A DNA stretch of 63,853 nt, the filler included, from Octopus bimaculoides (lineage: Eukaryota), in assembly GCF_001194135.2 (NCBI RefSeq). It is 8 parts of 8 records of this genome, joined end to end, with 100 filler letters (N's around TTAATTAATTAA, not from the genome) between each part and the next. Parts side by side here need not be neighbours in the genome. Positions count along the whole stretch, not along the records: positions 24,010 to 32,595 come from NC_068994.1; positions 32,696 to 43,028 come from NC_068990.1; 6 more parts are not named here. One strand, 5' to 3'. The translations under genes and the position numbers were made by a program. A model generated the notes under the pieces. It was given only the letters and a program-made list of their open reading frames with translations. It searched no databases and was not told the origin of the DNA. This document shows positions 27,004-40,312 of the stretch, one piece after another (position 1 is the first letter of the stretch; each line of letters opens with the position of its first letter).

Positions 27004-28192
27004 CATACTTGCGTAAGCATGTTTACACACGCACACACACACACACACAGACATACACACAGACACACACACAGACACACACACACACACACACACAGAC
27101 ATACACACAGACACACACACAGACACACACACACACACACACACNNNNNNNNNNNNNNNNNNNNNNNNNNNNNNNNNNNNNNNNNNNNNNNNNNNNNNNN
27201 NNNNNNNNNNNNNNNNNNNNNNNNNNNNNNNNNNNNNNNNNNNNNNNNNNNNNNNNNNNNNNNNNNNNNNNNNNNNNNNNNNNNNNNNNNNNNNNNNNNN
27301 NNNNNNNNNNNNNNNNNNNNNNNNNNNNNNNNNNNNNNNNNNNNNNNNNNNNNNNNNNNNNNNNNNNNNNNNNNNNNNNNNNNNNNNNNNNNNNNNNNNN
27401 NNNNNNNNNNNNNNNNNNNNNNNNNNNNNNNNNNNNNNNNNNNNNNNNNNNNNNNNNNNNNNNNNNNNNNNNNNNNNNNNNNNNNNNNNNNNNNNNNNNN
27501 NNNNNNNNNNNNNNNNNNNNNNNNNNNNNNNNNNNNNNNNNNNNNNNNNNNNNNNNNNNNNNNNNNNNNNNNNNNNNNNNNNNNNNNNNNNNNNNNNNNN
27601 NNNNNNNNNNNNNNNNNNNNNNNNNNNNNNNNNNNNNNNNNNNNNNNNNNNNNNNNNNNNNNNNNNNNNNNNNNNNNNNNNNNNNNNNNNNNNNNNNNNN
27701 NNNNNNNNNNNNNNNNNNNNNNNNNNNNNNNNNNNNNNNNNNNNNNNNNNNNNNNNNNNNNNNNNNNNNNNNNNNNNNNNNNNNNNNNNNNNNNNNNNNN
27801 NNNNNNNNNNNNNNNNNNNNNNNNNNNNNNNNNNNNNNNNNNNNNNNNNNNNNNNNNNNNNNNNNNNNNNNNNNNNNNNNNNNNNNNNNNNNNNNNNNNN
27901 NNNNNNNNNNNNNNNNNNNNNNNNNNNNNNNNNNNNNNNNNNNNNNNNNNNNNNNNNNNNNNNNNNNNNNNNNNNNNNNNNNNNNNNNNNNNNNNNNNNN
28001 NNNNNNNNNNNNNNNNNNNNNNNNNNNNNNNNNNNNNNNNNNNNNNNNNNNNNNNNNNNNNNNNNNNNNNNNNNNNNNNNNNNNNNNNNNNNNNNNNNNN
28101 NNNNNNNNNNNNNNNNNNNNNNNNNNNNNNNNNNNGAAACTCCCGGCCCTTGAGTCATTCAGTACTTCTGCCTATTGATGATGATGATGATG

Positions 28193-28251
<59 letters not shown>

Positions 28252-28253
28252 CT

Positions 28254-28428
28254 AATGGTTTCAAATTTTGGCACAAGACCTGCAATTTCGAGAGATTGGG
28301 TAAGTCGATTATATCGATCTCAGTGTTCAACTGGTACTTATTTTATCGACCTTGAAAGGATGAACGGTAAAGTCGACTTTGGCGGAATTTGAACTCAGGT
28401 CAAGAAGGACGAAATGCTGCTACGCGTT
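28254..28428 (-). mobile_element. SINE family A adjoining an (AAT)n/(GAT)n tract
   Basis: CTGGTACTTATTTTATCGACCTTGAAAGGATGAACGGTAAAGTCGAC...ATTTGAACTCAG. Confidence 0.85.
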
Positions 28429-28429
28429 T

Positions 28430-28644
28430 CAGGTTCTGTTGCCTCTCTTGCTACCCACGCCTCAAGCCAACTTCTTTCTCTTCCGGTCATTTCAGCAAGG
28501 TTTGACCGTTTAGTTCGGAGACATTTTAGCAGAAAACCGTAGGTTCGAAACGTTGCAGACTTCTTGCATTTTTGCTAAGCGTTAAACTGATACACTCTGC
28601 TTGTTGTTCTTTCACTTCATCTTTGTGTTTTATTTTACTCTTCG

Positions 28645-28645
<1 letters not shown>
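28430..28645 (+). mobile_element. Penelope-like terminal repeat remnant, same family as 63640-63842
   Basis: AACCGTAGGTTCGAAACGTTGCAGACTT...AGCGTTAAACTGATACA aligns to GAGTGTAGCTCGAAACGTCAAAGACTT...AGCGTTAAACTAATACA. Confidence 0.55.
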
Positions 28646-28688
<43 letters not shown>

Positions 28689-28789
28689 NNNNNNNNNNCT
28701 TATATTTAATTGTTTATGTTGATTTTATTTACTCCATGTACCCAGACTTTGTGGACACCCTGTACATTAAAGCTAGAGAGGTGCTCAGT

Positions 28790-28925
28790 GTGTCACAGGT
28801 CAGCTGTCGAAGTTATCGCAGAGCAACGCGAGATGAGATGTTTGACGCAAGAAGACAGCACAGCACCGGCTCCAGAAATCGAAATTCCTATCATACTATC
28901 GTGAGTGCAGTACCCTAGCCATTGG
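28790..28925 (-). mobile_element. SINE family C 5' fragment
   Basis: CAGCTG...AGAGCAACGCGAGATGAGATG...GAAATCGAAATTC...ATCGTGAG, a degenerate match to 6835-6925. Confidence 0.6.
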
Positions 28926-29112
28926 GCAGAAAAGGATAGTCTCATCAGAGATTACTTCTCTGATGGGAATTAGCGAACATTTGCTTTTTTGCCGAAACAA
29001 CGATTGCCATGTTATACGAATATGAATAAACCCATTTCTAAAATAGTTTTGTGTTCAGCATCGAATTTTTCATCATTGTGGACTAACACGATTATTATAT
29101 AGCAAATATTCG

Positions 29113-29150
<38 letters not shown>

Positions 29151-29766
29151 CGAATATTTGGTATATATAATATACGTATATACAGATATACATCCATATN
29201 NNNNNNNNNNNNNNNNNNNNNNNNNNNNNNNNNNNNNNNNNNNNNNNNNNNNNNNNNNNNNNNNNNNNNNNNNNNNNNNNNNNNNNNNNNNNNNNNNNNN
29301 NNNNNNNNNNNNNNNNNNNNNNNNNNNNNNNNNNNNNNNNNNNNNNNNNNNNNNNNNNNNNNNNNNNNNNNNNNNNNNNNNNNNNNNNNNNNNNNNNNNN
29401 NNNNNNNNNNNNNNNNNNNNNNNNNNNNNNNNNNNNNNNNNNNNNNNNNNNNNNNNNNNNNNNNNNNNNNNNNNNNNNNNNNNNNNNNNNNNNNNNNNNN
29501 NNNNNNNNNNNNNNNNNNNNNNNNNNNNNNNNNNNNNNNNNNNNNNNNNNNNNNNNNNNNNNNNNNNNNNNNNNNNNNNNNNNNNNNNNNNNNNNNNNNN
29601 NNNNNNNNNNNNNNNNNNNNNNNNNNNNNNNNNNNNNNNNNNNNNNNNNNNNNNNNNNNNNNNNNNNNNNNNNNNNNNNNNNNNNNNNNNNNNNNNNNNN
29701 NNNNNNNNNNNNNNNNNNNNNNNNNNNNNNNNNNNNNNNNNNNNNNNNNNNNNNNNNNNNNNNNNN

Positions 29767-29831
<65 letters not shown>

Positions 29832-30452
29832 TATATAGAGAAAGATATATTAGATATATATATTTCATTTGTGTTGTATTTTTCCAAGATACAAGAAGGA
29901 TGCTCCTCCTCCGCACACGTACACACACACACACACACGCACACACACACACATGTACACGCACGCACACTCACACTACTTAGATAACTTAGGTTTTTGT
30001 CTATAATTGGCCCAGGTCATGTCTAACTTAATAAGCACACACATACAAATATGTCTAGAGGGAAAAGTCAAAATCAAATCACATCGTTTAGATTTATTTC
30101 AACCCAACTATTGAATCAACAATCCAATACGTTTGCTCGTCTGTTTTCTCCATTTTTTTAAAATCTACAAATTCAGATCAGCAGCAAAATAATGCGTTTG
30201 TATACAAGAGCGTAAGTTATGTTTCCCTTTACGCATCGTGAGTAATGTTTGAGCTGGGATTCGTAAAGAGATGTTGTTGTTGTTGTTGCTGCTCCTTTTT
30301 GTTGTTGTTCTTTCGCTTTAAGTCATCTCTCTGACTGATTCAACAGAACTATGATATACTTTGAAATAAGGTATTCCAATTGAGAGGAAGCCATCGACCG
30401 ATTCATCTATATATGTGTATACACGCATGCACGCACGCACGCACGCAGGCAC

Positions 30453-30513
<61 letters not shown>

Positions 30514-30522
30514 ACACATGTG

Positions 30523-30690
30523 TTCAGGCGTGGTTGTGAAATAAGAAGCTTGGTTCTCAGTCTCATGGTTCCGGGTTCAGTTCCACTACATGGCACCCTG
30601 GGGAAGTGTCCTCTAGTATTGCCTCGGGCTAACCAAAGCCTTGTCAGTGAATTTGGTAGAGGGAAACTGAAAGAAGCTCGTCGTAAATTT
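30523..30690 (+). mobile_element. SINE family B 5' half
   Basis: CATGGTTCCGGGTTCAGTTCCAC...GGCACC...AAGTGTC...CCAAAGCCTTGTCAGTG...GGAAACTGAAAGAAGC. Confidence 0.85.
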
Positions 30691-30721
30691 ATATATATAT
30701 ATATGTGTTTTGTGTGTGTGT

Positions 30722-31938
30722 GTCATTGATTCTTCTAACAGAAGTTTAAAGGCTGTTCTTCTCTACAATGGCAACACAACTGCACCTGTGCCAATTGGTC
30801 AGGGTGTCCAAATGCCAGAAACTTACGAAAATATGAAGACAGTAATAACTGCAATCAAGTACCATAATCACAATTTTCTCATTTGTGGTGATTTAAAAGT
30901 TATTGTTCTCCTACTAGGTCTTCAAAGGAGATACATTAAGTATCCCTGTTTTCTGTGTCTTTGGGATAGTAGGGCAGACAGCCAGCAATATGAACAAAAG
31001 ACTGGCCACCAAGGACCAGCTTCGTACCTGGAAATCACAACATGAAAGCTGTGCCACTAGTTGATCCGCCCAAAAATTCTGCTGCCACCTCTCCACATCA
31101 AATTAAGGCTTATTAAAAATTTTGCGAAGGTCCTGAACAAGAATGGAGCTCCTTTCGAGTACCTGGAGTCAAATTTCCTCATATAAGTTGAAGGCAAGCT
31201 AAAAGGAATTTTTGTTGGCCCTCACATTTGGGAATTGATGAGGGACAAGCATTTTGAGGAGGCATTAGCAAGGGTCGAAGTGAATGCCTGGTTTTCTTTC
31301 AAGAAGATTGTCCAAAACTTCTTGGGAAACAGCCGCTCCCAAGAATATGAAAAAATAATCCAAGACCTGATATCAAGTTTCCAACAACTTGGGTTTAAAA
31401 TGAGTGTGAAGACGCATTTTTTGCACTCGCAACTTGACTATTTTCCCAAGAATTGTGGGGACTATAATGACGAACAAGGACATTTGCACCATGGAAACTC
31501 GATACAAGGGTAAATGGAATGTCAGCATGTTGGCGGATTACTGCTGGTCACTGAAACGTGATGGTCCCGATGCACAACACAAGCGGAAATCAAAGCGGTC
31601 CTCCTTCCGTTGAATCAATATGTAGGCTAACCATTAGGAGCATATTTTTTACTTTCATTTGGTTTGATGTTGATAATTCTGATTCATTTCATGTTGATTT
31701 GGAAAACATATGTTCTTAAAACTAACAGAATGTGCTTTTCCTTGATTACTTGCTTCATTTTAATTAAGTAACGATTTATTAAAAGTTCACACTTTTTATT
31801 GTTATTAATTTGTATTTTATTCAACATCCTTATGTGACGGAGCAAAATGGTTTAGATATTTAAAATCAGCAACCCAAGAATATGTAACATCACATCCATG
31901 AATAAAAATTTTTAAAAATTCCTAAATGCAGACCAGTA
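30722..31938 (+). mobile_element. CMC superfamily (Chapaev3-like) DNA transposon remnant: frameshifted transposase 30722-31613 plus 3' end
   Basis: Motifs IDSSNRSLKAVLLYNGN, ICGDLKV, CFLCLWDSRA (C2C), LPPLHIKL (LH), GIFVGP, KTHFLHSQLDYFP, DEQG, MLADYCWSLKRD. The 3' end GACCAGTA resembles a ...CAGTG terminus. 5' end missing. Confidence 0.8.
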
Positions 31939-31990
31939 TAATCAATCAGTCAATCAATTTATCTAAGTGTCTGTCTGTCAGTCAGTCTGC

Positions 31991-31997
<7 letters not shown>

Positions 31998-32068
<71 letters not shown>
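31998..32068. repeat. (TATC)n microsatellite
   Basis: Directly visible; similar tracts at ~21990-22058 and 26771-26848. Confidence 0.95.
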
Positions 32069-32069
<1 letters not shown>

Positions 32070-32727
32070 ACAACATGCAAACACATATACATCGAATTTA
32101 CAGCCTATTAATTACGACATAATAACCTGTTGAATATGGATTATTTTAAAAATTGTAGCCGGAACAGAATGTTCGGCCATGCTGAAGATGTACATTACGA
32201 AGAGGAAAACGGCGAGAGAAGGGACAAAAAGGCAAAACAAAAACAAACAAACAAAAAAACAGACACACACTCACAAACGCGCAGTTCTCTTTATCAACTT
32301 CATTAACGAGGTATTGGGCGGCTCAAGGCTGTAGCAGATAAAGTGCGCACACTGGGCTGATGTCAAAGTCAAGTGGTTTGGAAGCGAACTTAGAAATATA
32401 GCCATGCCTGCGCCTGTATACAATTTGGCCAATTGTATCGATTCTCAAAGAGCGATGAACGTTAAAGGAAAGATTTGAATAACAAAATCGTGAAATTGCT
32501 AACATGACAGCATTAGGCATCTACTTATCTCTTGTTTACGATAATGACCACATACAAAATGCACACGTACACACACGCATGTGTATATATATATANNNNN
32601 NNNNNNNNNNNNNNNNNNNNNNNNNNNNNNNNNNNNNNNTTAATTAATTAANNNNNNNNNNNNNNNNNNNNNNNNNNNNNNNNNNNNNNNNNNNNATCTA
32701 TCTATGTCTCTCTCTCTCTCTCTCTCT

Positions 32728-32783
<56 letters not shown>

Positions 32784-33162
32784 ATAGAAATGGCAAGACA
32801 ACAAAAGAATGAAAGAGACCTCGATATAATGTAAATGGAAGAATTTACCTGTAAATATAATATGTGACAATTATTCGGTAGCCATATTGTCACATATTAT
32901 ATTTACAGATATGTGTGTGTATATATATATATATCTGTGTGTGTATGTATGTATGTTTCTATGTATGCATTTATGTATGTATTTATCATTCTTTAAACAA
33001 GAATATTATTGACAGTGACTTCGAAGTTTCAGCCAGTGAAGCCATTATTGTTTTGTACTCAACAAAAATATAGAGCAACCCTTCAGATCAATGTAAGACT
33101 GTTTTTATTAAATGTATTACAACTGAACCTGAAAACAAACATTAATATTTATGCATGTATAA

Positions 33163-33480
33163 ATAGGTGCAGTAGTGGCTATGTGGTAAGTAACTTACCA
33201 ACCACATGGTTCCGGGCAAGTGTCTTCTACTATAGCCTTGGGCTGACCAAAGCCTTGTGAGTGGATTTGGTAGATGGAAACTGAAAGAAGACCATTNNNN
33301 NNNNNNACAACCGATGGTGGTGTGTTTATGTCCCCATAACCTAGCAGTTCGGCAAAAGAGACTGATAGAATAAGTACTAGGCTTACAAAGAATAAGTTCT
33401 GGGGTCGATTTGCTTGCCTAATGGTGGTGCTCCAGTATGGCTGCAGTCAAATGACTGAAACAAGTAAAAGAGTAAAAGAG
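33163..33480 (+). mobile_element. SINE family B, near full length (internal deletion; gap at the central microsatellite)
   Basis: Colinear with 58349-58703; ends GAAACAAGTAAAAGAGTAAAAGAG. Confidence 0.9.
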
Positions 33481-33619
33481 ATATGTATATGTATGTTCAC
33501 TTTATTGACTTTTTTACTGTGTAGTTATGATTCAAATATTTAAATAGATACTTTCTCATATGCATACACACATACACACACATACATACACACATATATA
33601 AATATATTTATGTATGTGT

Positions 33620-34025
33620 ATGGATGAGGACAGCTGCAAAAAAAGTGCTGAGCTGTAACTGTGGGGGGGACCTGTGGAAGGGGTAGACCCAGGAAGTCAT
33701 GGGACGAAGTGGTGAGAAGGGATCTTCAGATACTAGGCCTGACTGAGGAAATGACAAAGGACCAGCAGTCATGGCAATTTGCTATACTTGAGATAACACA
33801 TAGAGCTATGTAAAATCTTTTTCACCCATGCATGACAGATGACTATGTGATTAAAATTATATAAGAACAATATGGGATGCCGTGCAAAAACATCCAGCAC
33901 ATTCTGTAAAATGGTTTGGGTTAGGGAGGGCATCCAACTATAAAAACCATGCCAGATAAGACTGGTGTCTCGTGCAACTCCCTGCCTTGCCAGCTCTGGT
34001 CACACTGTCCAACCTATACCAGCAT
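33620..34025 (+). mobile_element. RTE-clade LINE 3' end (ORF C-terminus plus 3' UTR)
   Basis: Translates to CGRGRPRKSWDEVVRRDLQILGLTEEMTKDQQSWQFAILE; the UTR has TGGTTTGGGTTAGGGAGGGCATCCA, a typical RTE tail. Confidence 0.8.
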
Positions 34026-34327
34026 ATTGTTCTTATATAATTTTAACCACTATTGAGCTGAAAATGGACAAAACATTGTGAAATGATTTATTCAGTACAA
34101 GTGAGGGTTATGCCTTTTCTTTAAAATTTCAGAACTATAAAATATATGACAAACCAATTAAAAATAATCTGAAGGGGATTGATATTAATCCCTGACAATG
34201 ATTTTAAAGAACTGGAGTAAGATCTGTAAATAATTGGGAAGGAAAAAACTGGATGTATTTTAGAAAGTTTGTAGCTTACATCACAATGGAATGTTCAATT
34301 CTTGGATTAGGTTAGTTATTAGAGCTT

Positions 34328-34400
34328 AGTTAGGGCAGCGGACACGCGGTCATAGGATCGCGGTTTCGATTCCCAACCCGGGCGTTGTGTTTATTGAGCT
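34328..34400 (+). mobile_element. Isolated tRNA-like SINE head of the 49091-49463 variant
   Basis: TAGGGCAGCGGAC...CGCGGTTTCGATTCCCA...GTGTTTATTGAGC matches the reverse complement of 49375-49445. Confidence 0.7.
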
Positions 34401-34535
34401 TTGGACTTTAATTAGCAAATAAAATAATTTGCAAGGCGAATTTCTCATTAGCAGAATGCCAAACATTGACTGTTCCTTCTAGTATGTAAGGTGACCTGAT
34501 AAGGCTCACCTCTTTTGTGTTTAAATCTACACTAA

Positions 34536-34537
<2 letters not shown>

Positions 34538-34584
<47 letters not shown>

Positions 34585-34775
34585 GTGTATATATATATAT
34601 GTGTGTATATATATATATGTATATATTTATGTATGTATATATATGTATGCATATATATGTACGTATATATATATATGTGTATATACATGTATGTATATAT
34701 ATATGTATATATATGTGTGAATATAGATACATATATATATATACATATATATGTGTATAGGTATATATGTATATA
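34538..34775. repeat. Long interrupted (TA)n/(TG)n microsatellite
   Basis: Directly visible; a similar tract lies at 40640-40812. Confidence 0.95.
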
Positions 34776-35260
34776 AACAAGGGTAACATATATAATCAGC
34801 ACATCATCAGCTGCCTATTGAAGATCCTTATGCTTTTGACATACATACACAATTCTACTCTGAATAGAAAAGAAAGCTATTTCAGTTACATTGATGGAAC
34901 TAATAGCAAAGTTTCTTTGATGTTAGACCCATCAAAGTTTCTCTAGTAATGTTATATCTTTAACATTGCCAGCTTGAAATTTGAATTATTTTATGCAAAC
35001 AAGTAAAAGCTCTGTATTTTCAACTCTGATTCATGCTATTTGTGTTGGGATGCCATACATCATCCCATCCTAAATTCTACTGACAATTTGAAGTGGTTTC
35101 AATATTTCTAAAAAACACAGTTTGTCCTCCTGAAATATTGTCTAAATGGTTTATTTTTATTCTTAACAAGAATAGAAAAATAACTTTTAAATCAGAAAAT
35201 AAAAATAAACTACTGACTGAAAATACAACAGCAATGACGATGACGATGAAGTTGATAATA

Positions 35261-35321
<61 letters not shown>

Positions 35322-36003
35322 TAAATGAAAATTAAAAGACAAACAAAAAAAGATAAAAAACAATTACCAGAATGGCAAATAATACTTTTTACCATTTTTC
35401 TTTGTGTCTACATTTTATGATTGTCTTGTCCATAAAATGTGATTTTAAAACATTTTGAAATTAATGTAAATGACAAAGTGGTAATGGACCTGGTGGTTTT
35501 TCTGACAGACTATAATGATTTTGATATATCACCTGACACTGAGATGACATTCTGTATGTGTATATATGCAAGTACACATTCACTCAAACAGACATCCATA
35601 TATACATACCTATATATATGCACACACACACACACGCACACACACATAATGTTGAGAAGTTGTAAAAGTGACTCAAGGGCAAAGATTTTCATGCATGGCA
35701 CTTATTAATTTAGAAATCATGGATTTACTTTTTATAGGAATAATATATATTTTTTCTCCCAGATTGTTTGAATAAACATTATTATTAGAAAATCGTGTGA
35801 TAATCACTAAATTTCAATATCTACCCATAAATCAAAGTGAGTAAAGAAAATATCTAGAATAAAATGAAAATATAATGAAATCAAAAACTTTTAAAGTTTC
35901 AGTAATATACACATATGTATGCAAAGCTAATATATAGAGATATGCATTAAGATGAAAAAATATTTACAAATAGACTGTATGTATGTACACACATGCATGT
36001 ACA

Positions 36004-37318
36004 TATGAAGTGTGTTTCAGACAATTTGGAGACATGTTTAGGAGAGACAGTTTTAAGTGTCCTAGATTATTTTAAGTTTAGCATGTCATTACTATACATC
36101 TAATAAGCTGACTTGCCAATTTTTTTTATTCCAGATTGAAGGAGATGGCTGAAATAGCACTTTGAATACACCCTGCTACATGCTTCTTGTTACATAGCTG
36201 ACTAGTTTGCAAGATTGCAGTAAGGATTCGAAGACAATTTCGAAGCTCAATATCCAATAAAATTTTTTTGTGAAACTTGGCAAAAGCACTTCAGAAATTT
36301 ATGAAATATTCCAACTGTTTATGGATTAACATGTATGAGTCAAGCATCTGTTTTATGTTGGCACAAGAGGTTCAAGAATAGTAGAGAGGAGGTGAGAGAA
36401 AATGAATGGAGTAGGAGGGGAGAGAGATGACAGAACATTAGAGCAATTTTCTCATTGAAGACTGTCATGTGTCAATAATGACTATACGCAGACAGTTTGG
36501 AGTTGATGTAGCAACTGTGCATAGAGTTATTTATGAAGATCTGAACAGGTGCAAAATTCTTGCAGAGTTTATTCCCAGATTGCTCAGTAACAAACAGAAG
36601 GAAATATGTTGGTTACGTTAGGGAAATGTTTGAGCCCATTACCTCCACTCCAAGAGCACTTGAATCTCTGGTGGCCCACGATGAAAGCTGGATCTTCGGT
36701 TATGATCCAGAAACCACGAGATAAAATACCCAATGGAAATATCTTGCTTCCCCAAGACCCAAAACAGTCACACAAAGCAGATTCCCCAAGAAGCTCTTGA
36801 GGATTCTCTTTTTTGACAGCAAGGGCATCATCTACAACCACTGGGTTCCCTCTGGTCAGACAATTAACAAAGAGCACTTTATGGAGGGTTTGAGGGAGTT
36901 TAGGAAGAGATTTCATCACACAGGTCTGTGATACCTGCACCAGGACAATGCACCAGTCCACAGTTCCATCCTGGTAATCAACTACTTGACAGAGATGGGT
37001 ATCAAAACTGTCCTCCACCTTCCCTACAGTCAAGACCTACCTTGCACCTGGTAACCTTTACTTGCTCCTCAAGCTGAAGAAGAACCACAGAGGCAGTCAT
37101 TTTGAAGACATTGAGAAGATGAAAGTGACTGTCACAAGGGTCCTGAACACCTTCAGTTTGAAGGACTTTCATGGGACCTTCATGAAATAGCTGGATGACT
37201 TTAATAAGTACATCGAATCAGAGGAACCCACTTTGAAAGAGATAAGAGTCTAGAATTTTTTAAAATTAATAAATATCATTCCTGAAAAAGTTTGGAAACT
37301 TCTGGAATGCACTTTGTA
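36004..37318 (+). mobile_element. Full-length but decayed mariner (DD34D) transposon, ~1.3 kb
   Basis: Multi-frame translation: VKLGKSTSEIYE, FIPRLLSNKQKE, AHDESWIFGYDPET, FFDSKGII, LHQDNAPVHSS, HLPYSQDL. Weak degenerate TIRs TATGAAGTGTGTTTCAGAC / TTCTGGAATGCACTTTGTA with TA ends. Confidence 0.85.
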
Positions 37319-39073
37319 AACACACATATGTGAGCATATTCAGTTGTACACACAAACACACACACATAAACTTACATAATTATGCTTATATATAAATTAT
37401 GCTTATATATATAAACATACAACTTATGCTTATATATAAACATACAAGCAAGTTTACATTTAGACATATGATTAATTATATCTATAGATTTAATTAAAAC
37501 ATATACAAGTATTGCAGAGGTTGGGGAAGTATGGATGGATCTAAGTCATTTTCTAACAAGCACACAACATAGCCATTTGTTCGGGTCTAGCTGTATGATG
37601 AGTGTTATATGCCATTGAAAATAAATTTGGCTTTTAAAAGGAAGTGAAGAAAGCAATGCTATTAAAAGTATGGTGCACTACTGCAAAGCCAAATGGATAT
37701 AATGATCACAAGAGTTATTATCACTTACACACAATCTGATGCTAATAATTATTTCAAAGATTAAATGTTGATCTTAGTGGGGCTTTACATTCAGTATGTC
37801 AGCATCTCTAACTCAATAATTCCAAGCATTTTGTCCAATGATGTACTAATTCTGTAACAGTGGTGGTGGTGCTTATGATGGTGGTAACAACTATGATGAT
37901 AACAATGACAATGATGATGATAACGATGAATAATTTGATAGAATCTTACACAAAAATTATATATCAACAACTCCTTACCAATTTTTAAAACCAGATTGCT
38001 TCTTTAAAGTATAGAAAAGAAAGGAAGAAAAAGAAATATGACAAAAATTACAAAAAGCATAAAACCATTGAGAAATTCTTTTCTAAAAATGACCTCCTAC
38101 TCTGATTAGGTTTGGGATAAAGGCTGGTTGTTTGGAAAACTGGCACAGCTTGTCATAACTGAAAATATTTCACAAATGGCCTACAAGTGCATTTGTCACT
38201 CAGGAACATTTAATTGTGAGACCAAAAGTGCATGACCCAAAATTTCAATCTGTATTGATTTGTGTAAATATGCAATGTGGGATGTTTTTGTTTGGTTTTT
38301 AACCTATTTTTGTGTACATTTTATTTTTTACTTGAGCAAATACAGATTTCTGCACCCTTTTCAACTTGTTAGATTTAATGATGCAAGAAAAAGCAACAAA
38401 AAAATCAATGAAACATTATTTAAATATGTACAAAAGTACATAAGTATATATGTGGTTTATAGATAAAAATCAAATGTTCTCCATATAGAATAGACTTTGT
38501 AGTGTTCAAGAGATTTAAACTTGAGTAGATAGAGAAGTATATTTAAGGATAAGCAAAATAGGCAGATCAATATACAAAGAATATTAAACAAATGAAATAC
38601 AGACAGTGAGCGTCTTCCATCAACACCTCAAATGTAAGATCTCTTCCCTGAAGATGGAGGCTCGTCTCATCCTACGATGGAATCAATCTACAAACATTGT
38701 TTTGGACCATCGAGTCCCCCAAAACAGCTTTAGGATTTGTAATACTTGTCTTCAACCCCTTTAATTTTTGATATCATTTCTATTCTGTGTAGGTCAGAAT
38801 TTTCTGTATGCAAACATACATACATTTTGTTTTTGTATTTAATCTATTTAATATATTTTGTATATTGACCTGCCTTACTTGCTTATCCTTACATATGTCT
38901 ATGTGTGTGTATGTGTATATTTATTTATCGTTTATCTTTTTACTTGTTTCAGTTGTTTGACTGCAGCCTTGCTCAGGCACCACCTTCAACAGTTTACAGG
39001 GATGTAAATACACCACCACTAGTTGTCAACCATTGGTGGAGGATGAGCAAAGACAGACACACGCACAACGATA

Positions 39074-39123
<50 letters not shown>

Positions 39124-39274
39124 GATATATATGTACATATGTATATATATATGTCACTGCAAGGATATGTACTCCTCTTATAGGGATGAAATCAACCCTA
39201 GAAATATGGGTATATATATGTGTATCATCATCATCATCCAGTGTTTTAAATCCGGGTTTTGTCCCTGTTAATAC

Positions 39275-40185
39275 CTGTGTAAAAACCTGTGTTTAGGTCC
39301 AATGTTATATCAAAGAAGTTAAGCACCCTGATGTTTCTATCTATGGTAACGGAGAGCCTTTATTTCTCTCAGGGTTTACTTTGCTATACTTGTAGACTAT
39401 GAACAGTACATCGTCTCTGTATAGTCTGCTGCAATGAGTAGAGCATGACTAAGTCGGTGACAAGGGCTGAGTCACTTGCACCCATAGTGATGTCATAGTT
39501 GTTTAGTCTATACCTATGAGTCCATAACCTGCCATCGAAACAGATTATTGTTTGTTAGCTGCTAAAAGTACATCTGCATTTTCTTAGATAAAGATGTGTT
39601 TTTCAAGGTGAAATATAGGGTTAATAGATGAGTAATAATAGTCAATATCTATCTGTATGAATTTTGTGTGTTTTTGTCAGGTAAATTTTTATACTTGTGA
39701 ATAGCGTCAGTATTAACCAACCAGTGATCCAGTTTCACAAGGTTTCTTAATATCAGTAGTACTTTGTCTGTAATATTTTACTTATGTGACCAACAACTGA
39801 TTTTAGTTTGCTAATCAGCCTAATGGTTAGGTTAAATGGAAAATTCAGATTGTGATCTTTAGGTATGTAAGGTTCCATTGTCTTGAATACATAGGTAGTC
39901 TGCTATTTTGCATCATTCTAAGTCGATATTATCCAAGGTGGAATATTGCATGGTTTTATTTCAGTTATTGAGTTCTTTCCATACTAGGTGCTTGCAGTGG
40001 TCTATATTTAAGTTGTATAGATTTCCAGTCTTATCTGATTATACAAGTGTTCTGTCACATTTCTTAAGCTCATCAACAAAATCACTAATCTCTTTTAGGT
40101 GGGTATTCCTGCAAAGCATGCTCTAAATTTCAAGTTCTTCACCTTACCAATCATTTCCTCCTCAGCTGCATTGAGCATCATGCTG
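39275..40185 (-). mobile_element. Penelope-like element reverse transcriptase remnant
   Basis: Minus-strand frames give SDKTGNLY, KDHNLNFP..IRLI..KS.VGHISKIL, YDITMGASDSALVTDLV, LYRDDVL, VLNFFDITLDLNTG; many stops and frameshifts. Confidence 0.8.
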
Positions 40186-40312
40186 TATGGTGGGTTGCTT
40201 TTCGATCAGAACTCTGTGAGTGTGTGTGTGTGTGTGTGTATTATATATATATGCATATATACATATATACTTACATATATTATATTGTATAATATATATA
40301 TATATATATATA

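Noticed and set aside
37374-37447. Three copies of TTATGCTTATATATA
   Set aside because: Ordinary slippage-derived tandem repeat in AT-rich DNA.
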